This document shows, piece by piece, positions 19,933 to 30,371 of a stretch of DNA of 64,000 bases. Numbering within the stretch: position 1 is the stretch's first letter; every line of letters begins with the position of its first letter. The stretch is from Candidatus Bathyarchaeota archaeon (GTDB lineage Archaea; Thermoproteota; Bathyarchaeia; Bathyarchaeales; Bathycorpusculaceae): positions 800,001-864,000 of the forward strand of contig OY970176.1 of NCBI GenBank assembly GCA_963707955.1, written 5' to 3'. The notes below the pieces were generated by a model. That model searched no databases. It was given only the letters and a program-made list of their open reading frames with translations, and was not told where the DNA came from. The position numbers and the translations under genes were made by a program.

Positions 19933-20424
19933 CTAGCTCCTTAACATTGCAGTTTGAGCGCCAGATTTTTCGATAGCCAAGACTAAGGCATACCCTATAA
20001 TGTTCATTGAGATTATTGAACCCAACAGGACTCCAATGAACCCTACCTCCAAAGGAACGCCGAAAAGCAAGGCCAAATAGGAACCAACGATGCCTGAGAC
20101 TATTATGTTCTGCGCAACTGTAGCAGCAAACCGAGAACCAGCGAAGTTTCTGGAGGCAATTCTCCAGCCGACGTACGCAGCAAGGAAGTTTGCTATTGAG
20201 CCTCCAATGATGTCGATGTAGCCTAGCCCGCCATATATATTTGCTACAATGTTCCCTAACGTCACTCCCAAGACTACGGGCATTCCGAACACAATGGATA
20301 GGGGGATCAAAGCATCTGCAACTCTCACCTGAAACAGCAGAAAACTTATGGGAGCAAGGAGAATGACACCGGCGGCATACAAAGCAGCGATGACACATCC
20401 TAATGTTATCTTTCTAGTTTCCAA
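19933..20424 (-). CDS. queT: QueT family transporter (ECF S-component)
   Basis: IAALYA, PISF..FQVRVADAL, GVTLGNIVAN, DIIGGS motifs. Confidence 0.88.
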   Translation of the reverse strand: METRKITLGCVIAALYAAGVILLAPISFLLFQVRVADALIPLSIVFGMPVVLGVTLGNIVANIYGGLGYIDIIGGSIANFLAAYVGWRIASRNFAGSRFAATVAQNIIVSGIVGSYLALLFGVPLEVGFIGVLLGSIISMNIIGYALVLAIEKSGAQTAMLRS

Positions 20425-20492
20425 TCTACCACCTCCCGACCGGGGTTTCTAAAGCGGAACGTTGGGAGGCCCCACCACCCGCTAAATAGGGC
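20425..20492 (-). promoter_or_regulatory. Structured 5' leader of queT (candidate riboswitch)
   Basis: Stem AGCGGG/UCCGCU whose loop holds GGGG and CCUCCC, complementary to downstream CCCC and the SD GGGAGG; TATA-like TTTATTTG at about 20508-20515. Confidence 0.55.
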
Positions 20493-20528
20493 ATTTTCAG
20501 TCTTCTACAAATAAAGCTTTGGCAGTCA

Positions 20529-20936
20529 TTACCTTACTTTGCTAAGCGAATCTATGAGTTCATCCATACTTTTGCAGATTTTAATCAGCGCAACTTCCAA
20601 CATAAGATTCACCTCTTCCATTTCTGAAAAGGTGCGGTAATCCGTCTTAAGCCCAACAATAGGCTTGCCCAACGCCGTGGCATAGCCCATTTCATATGCC
20701 ACACCCGCGTCGACTTCCACGCCGTCTAGGACTGCTGCTATCGCGTCGCTTGCCTTCAAGGCCGAGATGTCACCTTCGTAGATCCTCTTCTTCTCTTTGT
20801 GAGTGCCCTGCTGAATGAAGGGAGCTTCTTGGGCAAGCCAGACCTCAAACCCATTTTCTCTCAGTCTCTTGGCTATTTTGGAATTGAACTCTCGCTCAGC
20901 CTCGCTAAACAATGGTGCAGCAAGAAAAACTTTCAT
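20529..20936 (-). CDS. Nucleoside 2-deoxyribosyltransferase family protein
   Basis: VFLAAPLF, D.GVAYEMGYA.ALGKP, DYR, NLM motifs. Confidence 0.9.
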   Translation of the reverse strand: MKVFLAAPLFSEAEREFNSKIAKRLRENGFEVWLAQEAPFIQQGTHKEKKRIYEGDISALKASDAIAAVLDGVEVDAGVAYEMGYATALGKPIVGLKTDYRTFSEMEEVNLMLEVALIKICKSMDELIDSLSKVR

Positions 20937-21065
20937 TTCTACAAGTCACCTCACTCTACATGCGTAGCAATGTACCTACGTACATAAGGATATAATGCAC
21001 GCGCTTTCAGCGATTAGAGAGACTGTTGCCGTTGTTCATTATAGTTGGGGCAAGGCGCGCGCGCT

Positions 21066-21945
21066 CTATTTCGTAAGAATGGGTTTAGCGATGTTTTCCA
21101 CGACTAAACGAGCCATCTTATCAATGTTGCTGAGGGTATCTGCTCCTAAGGATGCAAAGCTCTTCGGAATCATGTCAAGCAACCGCGTAGAATATTCTGT
21201 AGGAAGGTAGGAAAGGCTCTCAGCCAGAAGCCTCTTCATCTTCCCACATAATCTTTTATCAGACAGAAGAGGAGCGGCGCAGCCTGCGGGTTTTAGGCAC
21301 GAAACTAAGCAAAGAATCTCGGCGAGTGGTTTCTCTCTTGACACTTCCCACGAACGTTCGTCGCTTTCAGTAACTGTGAGCAAGTGCTTTGTAAAGGCTA
21401 ATTGGTCTTCAACGTAGCCTCGCCCGTAAAGGAGACGAGAGACCTCATAATCTTTCACCGCTATGGATATCAGGTAAAACAGGTTGGTTGCATATTGTCT
21501 TGAAACGTTGAAACGGCCAATAAAGTCTAAGAGTGGGAGTGGAAGCGGTAGAAGATAGTAGCTTGGGCTGCCGTGCAAAACTGAATGCCCAACCTCGTGT
21601 CGGATTCCTCCCACTTGAACCAGCTTCGGCAGCTTCCATTCTTTCGAGGCAGAGAATGATGCGGGAAATGCCTCTATAAGCGTCATGCATAGCAAAAAAC
21701 AGCTCGTCAAAGGATGACGAACTGACTCCAACTTCCTTAGATTCTTTTGCAGTGAAAGCCTCCATTGATGAGGAATACTTAAAAATGTATAAGTCTACTA
21801 GGGCAACCTCATGGGGCTCAAGTCTACTGTAGCATTCCTTCATGACCTTAATGATGTAATCTGCTTCTTCATCCTTGATGTTGCCAAACTTTGACATAAC
21901 GATTCTCGGGTCTTTCACAGTATTGGTTATATCACGATAAGCCAT
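21066..21945 (-). pseudogene. Hypothetical HExxH protein split by frameshift near 21640
   Basis: ORF 21445..21945 reads to CLERM, and ORF 21066..21731 continues KLPKLVQVGGIRHEVGH; could be an assembly indel. Confidence 0.6.
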
Positions 21946-22067
21946 TTATGTTCCATCCGTGAATCTTCGTTGAATCTTTCTAGATACAGTGATAGTCAAA
22001 TCTATTCCAGATTTCAAACTCTTTTATAGATCTCGGCTCTCAGCTGTGATTAAAGTCTGGTGGTAAA

Positions 22068-22205
22068 ATGGTTAGAATACTGGGCATTGTTGGAAGCCCG
22101 AGGAAGGGTGGAAACACTGAGACTGCGGTAAGAGAGGCTTTGACGGCGGCTGAGCGTGAAGGAGCCGAAACAGAACTTTTGCAGCTTGTTGATTTTTGCC
22201 TTTGA
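22068..22205 (+). pseudogene. Truncated flavodoxin-like / iron-sulfur flavoprotein N-terminus
   Basis: [40 protein letters not shown], then a stop. Confidence 0.75.
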
Positions 22206-22462
22206 TTGGTCTCTGCATCGATCGATCTGTTTTTTCTTCTGCTTTTTTTCTGCAGACTTCAGCGGGAGTTTTCCTTCAAAACCAATGTCTTTCTCTCCTT
22301 TCCCTCTGTATGTGCTCGTGTGCGCCTGCGTGCGCTAGTGAGGCTTACAAGGCTAACCTGGCTAATCAGGCTTATACAGCGCGCGCACGAAGAAAAAATA
22401 GGGAAAATTATGTGTATAACCATTCCCTCAATCAATAATGACTCAACAATTTAGTAATAGAG

Positions 22463-22543
22463 TTACTTCTTTTCCTCTGGCTTTTTCTCTGCGGGTTTCT
22501 TTTCCTCTTTTTTCTCTTCTTTCTTCTTTCGCTTCAAGGGCAC
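22463..22543 (-). CDS. 26-aa Lys/Glu-rich micro-protein
   Basis: MPLKRKKKEEKKEEKKPAEKKPEEKK; GGGGGGTGA SD upstream of GTG. Confidence 0.5.
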   Translation of the reverse strand: MPLKRKKKEEKKEEKKPAEKKPEEKK

Positions 22544-22682
22544 GTCAATCACCCCCCGCTTATTCCTTTGATGCTTTCTTAAAAGGCCTTGGTTAGGAGA
22601 GCGCGCGTGGATTTTTCAGGAATCTCTCCTCTCTTAGTGCGCGCGAGCTGAAGGAGATACTCCTGAAAAGCATGCGCAGCTC

Positions 22683-22820
22683 CTAAACCTTCTTTCCATA
22701 TTCACGGAACTTTTTCCCGCAACACTCGTACTGCTTAACATGTATCTTTTTGTTCCTGCCCATATTCCACTCCTTTATCGGCGTTTCAACTTCTTTTCCA
22801 CAGGTCGGACACTTGGCCAT
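22683..22820 (-). CDS. 45-aa Cren7-like / Zn-ribbon small basic protein
   Basis: MAKCPTCGKEVETPIKEWNMGRNKKIHVKQYECCGKKFREYGKKV; GGAGGTGA SD; P.K.W...GK.FR pattern resembles Cren7. Confidence 0.7.
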   Translation of the reverse strand: MAKCPTCGKEVETPIKEWNMGRNKKIHVKQYECCGKKFREYGKKV

Positions 22821-22892
22821 TTGTCTGTCACCTCCTTCAAAGGTTTTAAGATTAAAAAACAGGGTATTAAAAACAAGGCGTTATTTCCGCGT

Positions 22893-22997
22893 CTATAGGG
22901 CTCCGTAGAGCTTGGTTCCACACCTAATGCCCCATTCTTCTTCTTCCTCTGGTTCCTCTTCCTCTTCTTCTCCCTCTTCTTCTTCCTCTTCGCTCAT
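22893..22997 (-). CDS. 34-aa poly-Glu micro-protein
   Basis: MSEEEEEEGEEEEEEPEEEEEWGIRCGTKLYGAL; mixed GAA/GAG codons keep the frame. Confidence 0.5.
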   Translation of the reverse strand: MSEEEEEEGEEEEEEPEEEEEWGIRCGTKLYGAL

Positions 22998-23247
22998 AGC
23001 GTTGTGTCCCAAAATTAGCGCCCTTAGGTCAAGGCTATAGCGCTGTTAATAAGCGTGTTGATAGTCAAGCACGCTCCTTAAAAATACTATATACGAGGAT
23101 GCATAGCGCGCGCTAGCTTGTCCCTAAATTAGTTAATGCTTATTTTGGTACGTGGGGTCTCGTATTTTGTGGCTTACGTCCAAGCCTAGGAGGTGACGCG
23201 CGCGCCCTACCAATCTTCTTCCTCTAGTTAAAACTATAAGCCCACTT

Positions 23248-23844
23248 TTAAATGGCGTTCTTATATCCTTTCGCCACCAACCTTTTGTGGATGGAGTTCT
23301 TCAAAGCGCCCAATCCTGCTCCTGTCTTTGCGCTCACTGGGAATACGTGCTCTCCAACAGCAAATGGATAACCCTTGCCTATTTGATGTATGAACGCTTC
23401 ACTGTTGACCTTTAACTCCTCCTTATTCACCTTATCTATCTTGTTAGCCGCCACCAAAGGAAACTCACCTGAAGTCTCCGTCAAAAACTGAACCATCTCC
23501 ACGTCCACTGAGATAAAACCCTTCTTCTCCAAACGCCACGTTACCTCCGAGAACGTGGATATGTCTAAAACATGGACGGCCAAAGCTATGTTCTGAGCAT
23601 AGGACTCCAGAAACTCGATGATCTGATCATTTTTCTTATCCTCCAAACGTTTGGAAGCTCTCATCATCCTACCAAACCCTGGCATATCTACAAGCACCAA
23701 ATCGCCACTCAAGGGATATTTTGAAATCCGTCGCGTAGTTCCTGGACGTTTACCGACTGCCACATCCAAGCCTACGACTTCTCTGATGATGCTACTCTTG
23801 CCCGCATTAGGCCTTCCAGTGAAAACCAAATACCTCTCACGCAT
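23248..23844 (-). CDS. engB: GTP-binding protein EngB
   Basis: GRPNAGKSS, PGTT, DMPGFG, NKID, SAK. Confidence 0.9.
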   Translation of the reverse strand: MRERYLVFTGRPNAGKSSIIREVVGLDVAVGKRPGTTRRISKYPLSGDLVLVDMPGFGRMMRASKRLEDKKNDQIIEFLESYAQNIALAVHVLDISTFSEVTWRLEKKGFISVDVEMVQFLTETSGEFPLVAANKIDKVNKEELKVNSEAFIHQIGKGYPFAVGEHVFPVSAKTGAGLGALKNSIHKRLVAKGYKNAI

Positions 23845-24167
23845 ACTGAATATTACATAAGACGCAGTATACTTGAATGTATCCTAGCCCACAATTTCCG
23901 AGTTACAAAAACTACGGCAAACAGTTTGGTCTTTCTTTAACACAGCTCCATCTCAAGGTCTTTAATGAACGCTATGCAGTCTTTTCTTGGAATACTTGCT
24001 CCCCCTAGTATTTTTCTGTGCTTCAAACAGTCTCCCTGTCGAAGTTTAAAAGTCCGCAGAGAGCGCGCGCTATTTTTGCAGCAAGGAAACTAATCACCGA
24101 TGATGAGCCAGAACCTGACCCATCGGAAGGTTTATCCAAGTGTACAATGTAACCACCAGAGGTCTTA

Positions 24168-24914
24168 ATGCAGATACAAGAGATGCAAATTGAAGTCAAT
24201 AAGTTTTTAGAGTCTTTGAATGTTGACATGCGAGTTATCATTGTTACCAATTGTCGGGACGACATAGCAAAGGCTATCGGACTATATATTAACGACACGA
24301 TTCCTGTCGTGAATCTGAAAGTCAACGTAGCTTTCGGAAACGTGTCCGTAAACAAGGATTATTTGAACAGAACTCTAACCTACGATGAACAAAGGTTCAT
24401 GTTGGCACATGAAACTTCCCACATCTATCTTAATCATGTTGTACCTCGCGCTATTGATGGATTCATCGATGAACTCATAAGAAACTGCAACCGCGATGTT
24501 CACGCCTTTCTAAATGGGGCAAAAGTGTTTTTGTATCTACTCAATATCCCTCTCCCTTTGTCTGTCATCGCTAAAGAGCAAGAAATAGCTGCCGATGTCA
24601 GAGCAATATCTCTAACAGGAAATGAGAATGCTGCTATCAGTTGTTTAACCAAACTTGTCAATGGAAATCTAGATGACACCTCCCATACTTGGGAAGCACT
24701 CGGTGTCAAAATGCCCGTCATGACTATGAAAGAACGTATCCAAGAGATACAGCGAAGATTATCCAGTCTATGTCAATATGGCTCCAAACCATCTTCATGT
24801 CTGAAATCATCCGAAATTTCACAGGGAAAACCATTCGACGCAGACTTCACAGAACCTCAAAAAGCAATACCGCAAAAAATCAAATCATCACCCGACTTGC
24901 ACCACGAAGACTAA
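24168..24914 (+). CDS. M48-like zinc metallopeptidase
   Basis: LAHETSH and EIAAD motifs. Confidence 0.7.
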   Translation: MQIQEMQIEVNKFLESLNVDMRVIIVTNCRDDIAKAIGLYINDTIPVVNLKVNVAFGNVSVNKDYLNRTLTYDEQRFMLAHETSHIYLNHVVPRAIDGFIDELIRNCNRDVHAFLNGAKVFLYLLNIPLPLSVIAKEQEIAADVRAISLTGNENAAISCLTKLVNGNLDDTSHTWEALGVKMPVMTMKERIQEIQRRLSSLCQYGSKPSSCLKSSEISQGKPFDADFTEPQKAIPQKIKSSPDLHHED

Positions 24915-25154
24915 TCACCCGACGATAGACCAGAACCCAGAGCGCGCGCTAAGTTCGCTCAGTCTTCAACGCTCCACTGAATATATTTCTGATAGAAGCA
25001 CTAATCCTTTCTCCAAATATAAGTAGAGGACCATTAAAGTGACCCTGAAACTTAGCGCACGCTATCATTTGTAACAACTACTCGCGCTTTTGGAATGACC
25101 AGTGATGAGAGTTGAGTGTGCGAGGTGTGAAATTGGTCGAGCTGAAAAGAGCGT

Positions 25155-25412
25155 TTAAGTGCTAGTGACTATTTCTGCTCCTGCGGCTACAGGTCCTGGT
25201 GTCGTGATTTTGATTCTTAAATGGTCTCCGAGCTTTGCGTTACCAATGAAAACTGGGAAACCGTTGATTCTGGCTATGCCTTCCCCTTGAGGGCTTGTTT
25301 CGGTTATATCCACTTCGTATTCTTTTCCAGTCTCAACTGGGCAGTTTTCAATGCCTCTGCCACGTTTGCTCTTGGCATTTCTCGGGCTTCTTTTTCGCGG
25401 ACTCATCGGCAT
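25155..25412 (-). CDS. Single TRAM domain protein
   Basis: CPVETGKEYEVDI..S.QGEGIARINGF. Confidence 0.88.
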   Translation of the reverse strand: MPMSPRKRSPRNAKSKRGRGIENCPVETGKEYEVDITETSPQGEGIARINGFPVFIGNAKLGDHLRIKITTPGPVAAGAEIVTST

Positions 25413-25668
25413 CTTCCTTTTTCTGCTTTTTTGATGATGTGATTATCGTCCCTCAGTGGCTTAAGTGTTCCGCATTTTACTGCTCGCGCTAACCCAATTG
25501 AAAGTGCGATAATCTATAGCCGCGCGCGCTACCTCTTTGTTGTCTCAAAACCCGAAACAAGCAAAGTCTGCCTATTTCTAACCTCTTAGTTCTCTCAAGA
25601 CTCTTTGCTATGGCAGTCTGAGCCCCATGGGTTTCATATAATAGGAATGGAAGAACAATAGTCGGAGT

Positions 25669-26256
25669 GTGGTTGCCGTGTCAGATGATGATTGGTCTGT
25701 AGCAGTTTTCAAATGTGCACCAGAGAATGTCAGAAGCGTTCTTCTTGAATTCTATGGTTTTTTGGTAGACCTTGTAGGGGTTAAGAATCTTCACTTTTTG
25801 GTCAGAGATCGCGTTGAAGACGAGGTTGTTGTCAGTTTTCGCGTGTTGACAGAAAAGAAGTACCACGAAGTTGTTAAGAGCAAGATGAACTACAAACTCG
25901 GAATTCTTGTTCCCGACAAGTTCGCAGTCAATCCTGACTCACAGAACCCGTTGAACAAATACGTTGCTTGGGGCGCCGAAAAAAGAATATCCAAATCGGG
26001 TCTTGACAAGTTTCCAGAATTCTGTAATCTTCTCAGCAAGATGAGTGGTTTGGTCATAGAGATGCTGAAGAACGACTATTTCGGTTCCACTGAGAGAGTT
26101 GAAATTGCTCATGTGATGTCTTGGATGCTTGGTTGTACTGAGTACGGGAAGATGAGCCCAACTCACTGGGAACTTGGGTATTATGACCGCATAGAAGACA
26201 AGTGTCGTCCATACCTGAGACAAAACTTTCCACAGACCCAGAAATCTGAAACATAG
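25669..26256 (+). CDS. Hypothetical protein
   Basis: 195-aa ORF with TATA (ATATATAA) upstream; no family recognised. Confidence 0.6.
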   Translation: MVAVSDDDWSVAVFKCAPENVRSVLLEFYGFLVDLVGVKNLHFLVRDRVEDEVVVSFRVLTEKKYHEVVKSKMNYKLGILVPDKFAVNPDSQNPLNKYVAWGAEKRISKSGLDKFPEFCNLLSKMSGLVIEMLKNDYFGSTERVEIAHVMSWMLGCTEYGKMSPTHWELGYYDRIEDKCRPYLRQNFPQTQKSET

Positions 26257-26927
26257 CTTCTTGGACAATTGTGCGACGGCTCAGGATTCCAGCATTTTTT
26301 ACCCCTTTTTTCAGCTTTAATGAGGCCAGAAGTTCCGTAGAAGAGCACTATGCGAGGCTGATGCAGATCAATTTGCTTATCCAAGAATTTGTTTTTTATT
26401 TTTTGGCAATTATCCCAGACCTTTTTTCCATCGGCACCCATAACAAAGCCCATCCATGCCTTTCTTGTCGGACACTTTATAGCGTCTACAAAGCAAACAT
26501 CACCTGAACTAAAAGAGATGGGTTGACCTTCCACTTTCATTCCTTCAAGTAGTTTGACGAAGACGAGAAAGTAAGGATGCCACCTGCTTTTGGGTTCCCT
26601 AAAGTAGTTGCATTGTAAACGGAAAATCTCTTCAATATCGCTGTCTTTGAGTAGACTCCGGCTCGTTGCTCCGAACTTATCTAAAGATAGGCCAACGAGC
26701 GCATCTGCCCTGTCTGACCCATCAGGGTTAGTTGCAACCACCCAGATTTTCGCCTTTATAACATCACCAAAATTCCCAACAGGAATTGTTATGGGTAAAT
26801 ATTCGGTTGATGAAAGATTGCCTTTACCATTAACAAAATAATAGACTCCATCTGGGTCTCTGATCTTGCGACAATCTTCGCATTTGTAAATCTGAGAGTA
26901 TAACTCAATTGGAAATTGTCCATCCAA
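26181..26927 (-). CDS. Uracil-DNA glycosylase-like fold protein
   Basis: CxxC, VATNP, DAIKCPT, QIDLHQPRIVLFYG resemble the UDG superfamily; C-terminus overlaps the convergent gene and may be truncated. Confidence 0.5.
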   Translation of the reverse strand: MDGQFPIELYSQIYKCEDCRKIRDPDGVYYFVNGKGNLSSTEYLPITIPVGNFGDVIKAKIWVVATNPDGSDRADALVGLSLDKFGATSRSLLKDSDIEEIFRLQCNYFREPKSRWHPYFLVFVKLLEGMKVEGQPISFSSGDVCFVDAIKCPTRKAWMGFVMGADGKKVWDNCQKIKNKFLDKQIDLHQPRIVLFYGTSGLIKAEKRGKKCWNPEPSHNCPRSYVSDFWVCGKFCLRYGRHLSSMRS

Positions 26928-27162
26928 GTTACCACATCCGTCAGCCTTTTACCGTGAGATTTCTTTAATACCATCGAAATGCTATTCAGGTTTTTGGTTG
27001 TTGTCAAGTTCCTGAGGGGTTTTAGCGCGCGCAAGGCCTAATCCCTCCTTTTTTTGCGTCTTGGATGTATTGGAAGTGGTTGGATTTACCGTTGGGTTTT
27101 TATTAAAAATAGAACAACTACATTACCCACTGCTGTTGACGCCATCTGTGAAGGGAAAAACG

Positions 27163-28675
27163 ATGGTTGACCTCAGAGAACACGAACAAAAAACACTCTC
27201 AACCTTGGCCAAGCTAGGCGGAAAAACATCAGCTGAAAACTTGATAAGTCAAAGTGGACTCTCCGACGCTGCAGTGATGCGCTCAGCGTTAACGCTGCAG
27301 GACAAGAAACTGGTACAGATCAATGAAGAGGAAGAGACAATCGCGAGACTTAACGCGGAAGGAAAAATGTACGCAGCAAACGGACTGCCGGAAAGGCAAG
27401 TCATACGCGCTTTAAGCAGATTAGGCGGCAAAGCACCTCTTGGAGGAATCTTTGAGAAAGCTGAGCTTGGGAAGGAGACTTGTTCCTATCGCGTTAGGCT
27501 GGATTCAAAGAAAGAAATGGGCAACTCTGGACTCGAAAGCAAACACTCTGCAGTTGCAGGGAAAACAAGAAGAGGAGAACGATGAGAAACTCGTGAAGTT
27601 TTTGGCCGAACGGAAAGAAGCCAGAGTTGAAAATCTGAGTCCTGACCTTCAAGAAGCTTTTCGACTTCTGAAGAGGAGAAAACTCCTTGATGTCGAAGAG
27701 AAGACGAAGAGAATAATCGAATTGACAGAAGCGGGTAATGCCATAGTCAGGAGAGGTATGAAAGCTGCTGCGGAAGTGACGCAGCTCACCCCTCAACTCA
27801 TAATTACTGGTAAATGGCGGAAGGTAAGCCTTCAAAAGTACAACATACGAGCCCCAGTTGCAAAGACGTGGCCCGGCAAGAAGCATCCCTATCTCCAGTT
27901 CATCGACAGGGTGAAGGAAAAACTCATCAACCTAGGATTTGAAGAGATGACTGGCACGAACGTCGAAACGTCCTTCTTTAACTTCGATGCTCTGTACATG
28001 CCTCAGGACCATCCGGCCCGCGAGATCATGGACATATACCTGGTGAAGTCTCCAAAGTACGGCAGCATAGGCGCCCCGAAGCATGTCCTGCAAAACGTCA
28101 AGCAAACCCATGAGAACGGCTGGAAAACAGGCTCAACCGGGTGGCGGTACAGATACTCCATCAAAGATGCAAAACGTCTGATCCTGCGAGGTCATGGAAC
28201 TTGCCTCAGCGCCAGAACCCTTCTGAGCAAAGAATTACACATCCCAGGCCGGTATTTCTCGATCGCCCGCTGCTATAGACCAGACGTGCTTGACCAAACT
28301 CATCTCACCGAGTTCAACCAGGTTGAAGGCATCGTCGTTGACGAGAACCTGAACCTTCGAGACCTTTTGGGAATTCTGCTGACTTTCGCCACTGAAATAG
28401 CCGAGGCTGACAAAGTCAGGCTGAAGCCAGACTACTATCCATTCACAGAGCCCAGCGTAGAACTCAGCGCCTACAAGAAAGGATACGGATGGATCGAGTT
28501 CGGAGGCTCCGGCATCTTCAGGCCCGAAGTCACCCTGCCCCTGGGCATCAAGCTTCCTGTTATCGCGTGGGGTTTGGGTATAGACCGTTTGTTCATGATG
28601 AAGGCAGGAATAGACGACATACGCAGCATCTTCTCTAATGACCTGCTGTGGTTGAGGACCAAGGAGGTCGCATAG
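27163..28675 (+). CDS. pheS: Phenylalanyl-tRNA synthetase alpha subunit (1-nt frameshift near 27475)
   Basis: N-terminal part (GLPER) from ATG 27163 joins ORF 27440..28675 with NFDALYMPQDHPAR, EFNQVEG, PFTEPS, GSGIFRPE, GLGIDR. Confidence 0.95.
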
Positions 28676-28676
28676 C

Positions 28677-30371
28677 ATGCCCACCATAGATGTCGACTAC
28701 GCAGAATTCGAGAAACTGCTAGGGGCAGAGCTGCACAAAGACCCTGAAAAAATCAATGAAGTCTTAGCCTTAGCCAAGTGCGAAATGAAACTTTTCGATG
28801 AAAAATCAGGCGCGATGACCATTGAGGTCAAGGACACAAACCGAGCAGATCTGTGGAACATTGAAGGATTAGTCAGGACTCTGCGCTTGCTCTTAGGATT
28901 GGATAGAGGCTTGAAACGGTACAAGACAGTCAAAGAAATAGCAGACGTGTACGTTGACAAGAGATTAGCCAATATCAGACCGTACATAGGCTGTTCCATA
29001 ATCAAGAACCTCAAATTGACAGACCCGATGATTCGAGCAGTGATGCAGCTTCAGGACAAGCTGGATCACACTTATGGAAGAAACAGGCGCCGAATGTCCA
29101 TCGGCCTGTACAACTTTGACCTCATGACACCTCCATTCAGGTATACCGTTGCCAAGCCAACAGAAGTCAGTTTTGTGCCACTTGGCTTTGAGAAAGAGAT
29201 GAATCTGAAGGAGATTCTAAAGCAGCATCCTAAAGGGTTAGAGTACGGTTCGATCGTAACGGGAAACAGCGTCTACCCGATACTTCTTGACAGTGAGAAG
29301 AGGGTACTGTCATTCCCACCGATCATAAACTCAAACGATCTTGGAAGAGTGACCGAGGATACTAGGAACGTTCTTGTCGAAGTCACGGGCACGGTTCATG
29401 ACACTGTGCTCAACACGCTCAAGATAGTAACCTTGTCCCTGATTGACAGAGGAGGAAAGGCTTACTCCACCACGGTTCATTATCCGGATGACAGCTTGAC
29501 AGTTGTGACGCCGAGTTTTGAAACGGGGCAGATGGACCTGGACGTTGGATACGCCAACAAGGTACTAGGCCTTCAGCTGAAAGCCCGACGGATCGTTGAA
29601 CTACTTGAGAAAGCTGGCTTCGGAGTTGCAAGACTCGAACGGGACAAGATGACCGTGGAGATCCCTTGTTACCGAATTGACATAATGCATCCGATAGACC
29701 TGATTGAAGATGTTGCCATAGCCTATGGATATGATAATATCAAACCTTTCTGGCGCAAACTGTCGACGAGAGGTGGCGCCAAGCCATGGCAAGCCTTTTT
29801 TGACGTTGCCAGAGAGTTAATGGTGGGTCTGGGCTTCCAAGAAGTTCTCACGTTCAACATGACAAACCCAGAAGACTTGTTCACTAAAATGAACGTGAAG
29901 AAACAGAGAATAGTGGAGTTGGCGAACCCGAAGGTTCAAACGTTGACGTGCCTCAGAAACTGGATGCTGCCGAGCCTTCTGGAGTTCTTGAGCCACAACC
30001 TTCACATTGAATATCCCCAGAAAGTGTTTGAACTTGGCACAGTCACGGTTTTGGATGAGAAAGCAGAGACAAAAACGAGAGACGTACACACTCTTGCAGC
30101 GGTCATTTCCCACGCAAACGCGAGCTTCACGGAAACAAAGTCGGCTCTAGACGCGCTTCTCATGAACCTTGGTCTCCAATGGCAGATAAGAGAGACAGAG
30201 CATCCAAGCTTCATAGATGGAAGAGTGGGAACAGTCATCGTCAACAGAATAGAAGTCGGATTGCTGGGCGAAATCCATCCAAAAGTTCTAGAAACGTGGA
30301 CGCTTGAGAACCCCGTGGCTGTCTTCGAACTAAACATGGATAGGATAGGCAGAATCAGGCATCAATACTGA
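28677..30371 (+). CDS. pheT: Phenylalanyl-tRNA synthetase beta subunit
   Basis: MPTI start, NRADL, LSFPPIINS, DLIEDVAIAYGY, GEIHP. Confidence 0.95.
   Translation: MPTIDVDYAEFEKLLGAELHKDPEKINEVLALAKCEMKLFDEKSGAMTIEVKDTNRADLWNIEGLVRTLRLLLGLDRGLKRYKTVKEIADVYVDKRLANIRPYIGCSIIKNLKLTDPMIRAVMQLQDKLDHTYGRNRRRMSIGLYNFDLMTPPFRYTVAKPTEVSFVPLGFEKEMNLKEILKQHPKGLEYGSIVTGNSVYPILLDSEKRVLSFPPIINSNDLGRVTEDTRNVLVEVTGTVHDTVLNTLKIVTLSLIDRGGKAYSTTVHYPDDSLTVVTPSFETGQMDLDVGYANKVLGLQLKARRIVELLEKAGFGVARLERDKMTVEIPCYRIDIMHPIDLIEDVAIAYGYDNIKPFWRKLSTRGGAKPWQAFFDVARELMVGLGFQEVLTFNMTNPEDLFTKMNVKKQRIVELANPKVQTLTCLRNWMLPSLLEFLSHNLHIEYPQKVFELGTVTVLDEKAETKTRDVHTLAAVISHANASFTETKSALDALLMNLGLQWQIRETEHPSFIDGRVGTVIVNRIEVGLLGEIHPKVLETWTLENPVAVFELNMDRIGRIRHQY

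Noticed and set aside
27460-27490. Frameshift in pheS as a split gene or recoding
   Set aside because: Single extra base in a purine run; with map it points to assembly indel errors, which also weakens the other frameshift calls (21640, 50500, 54560)
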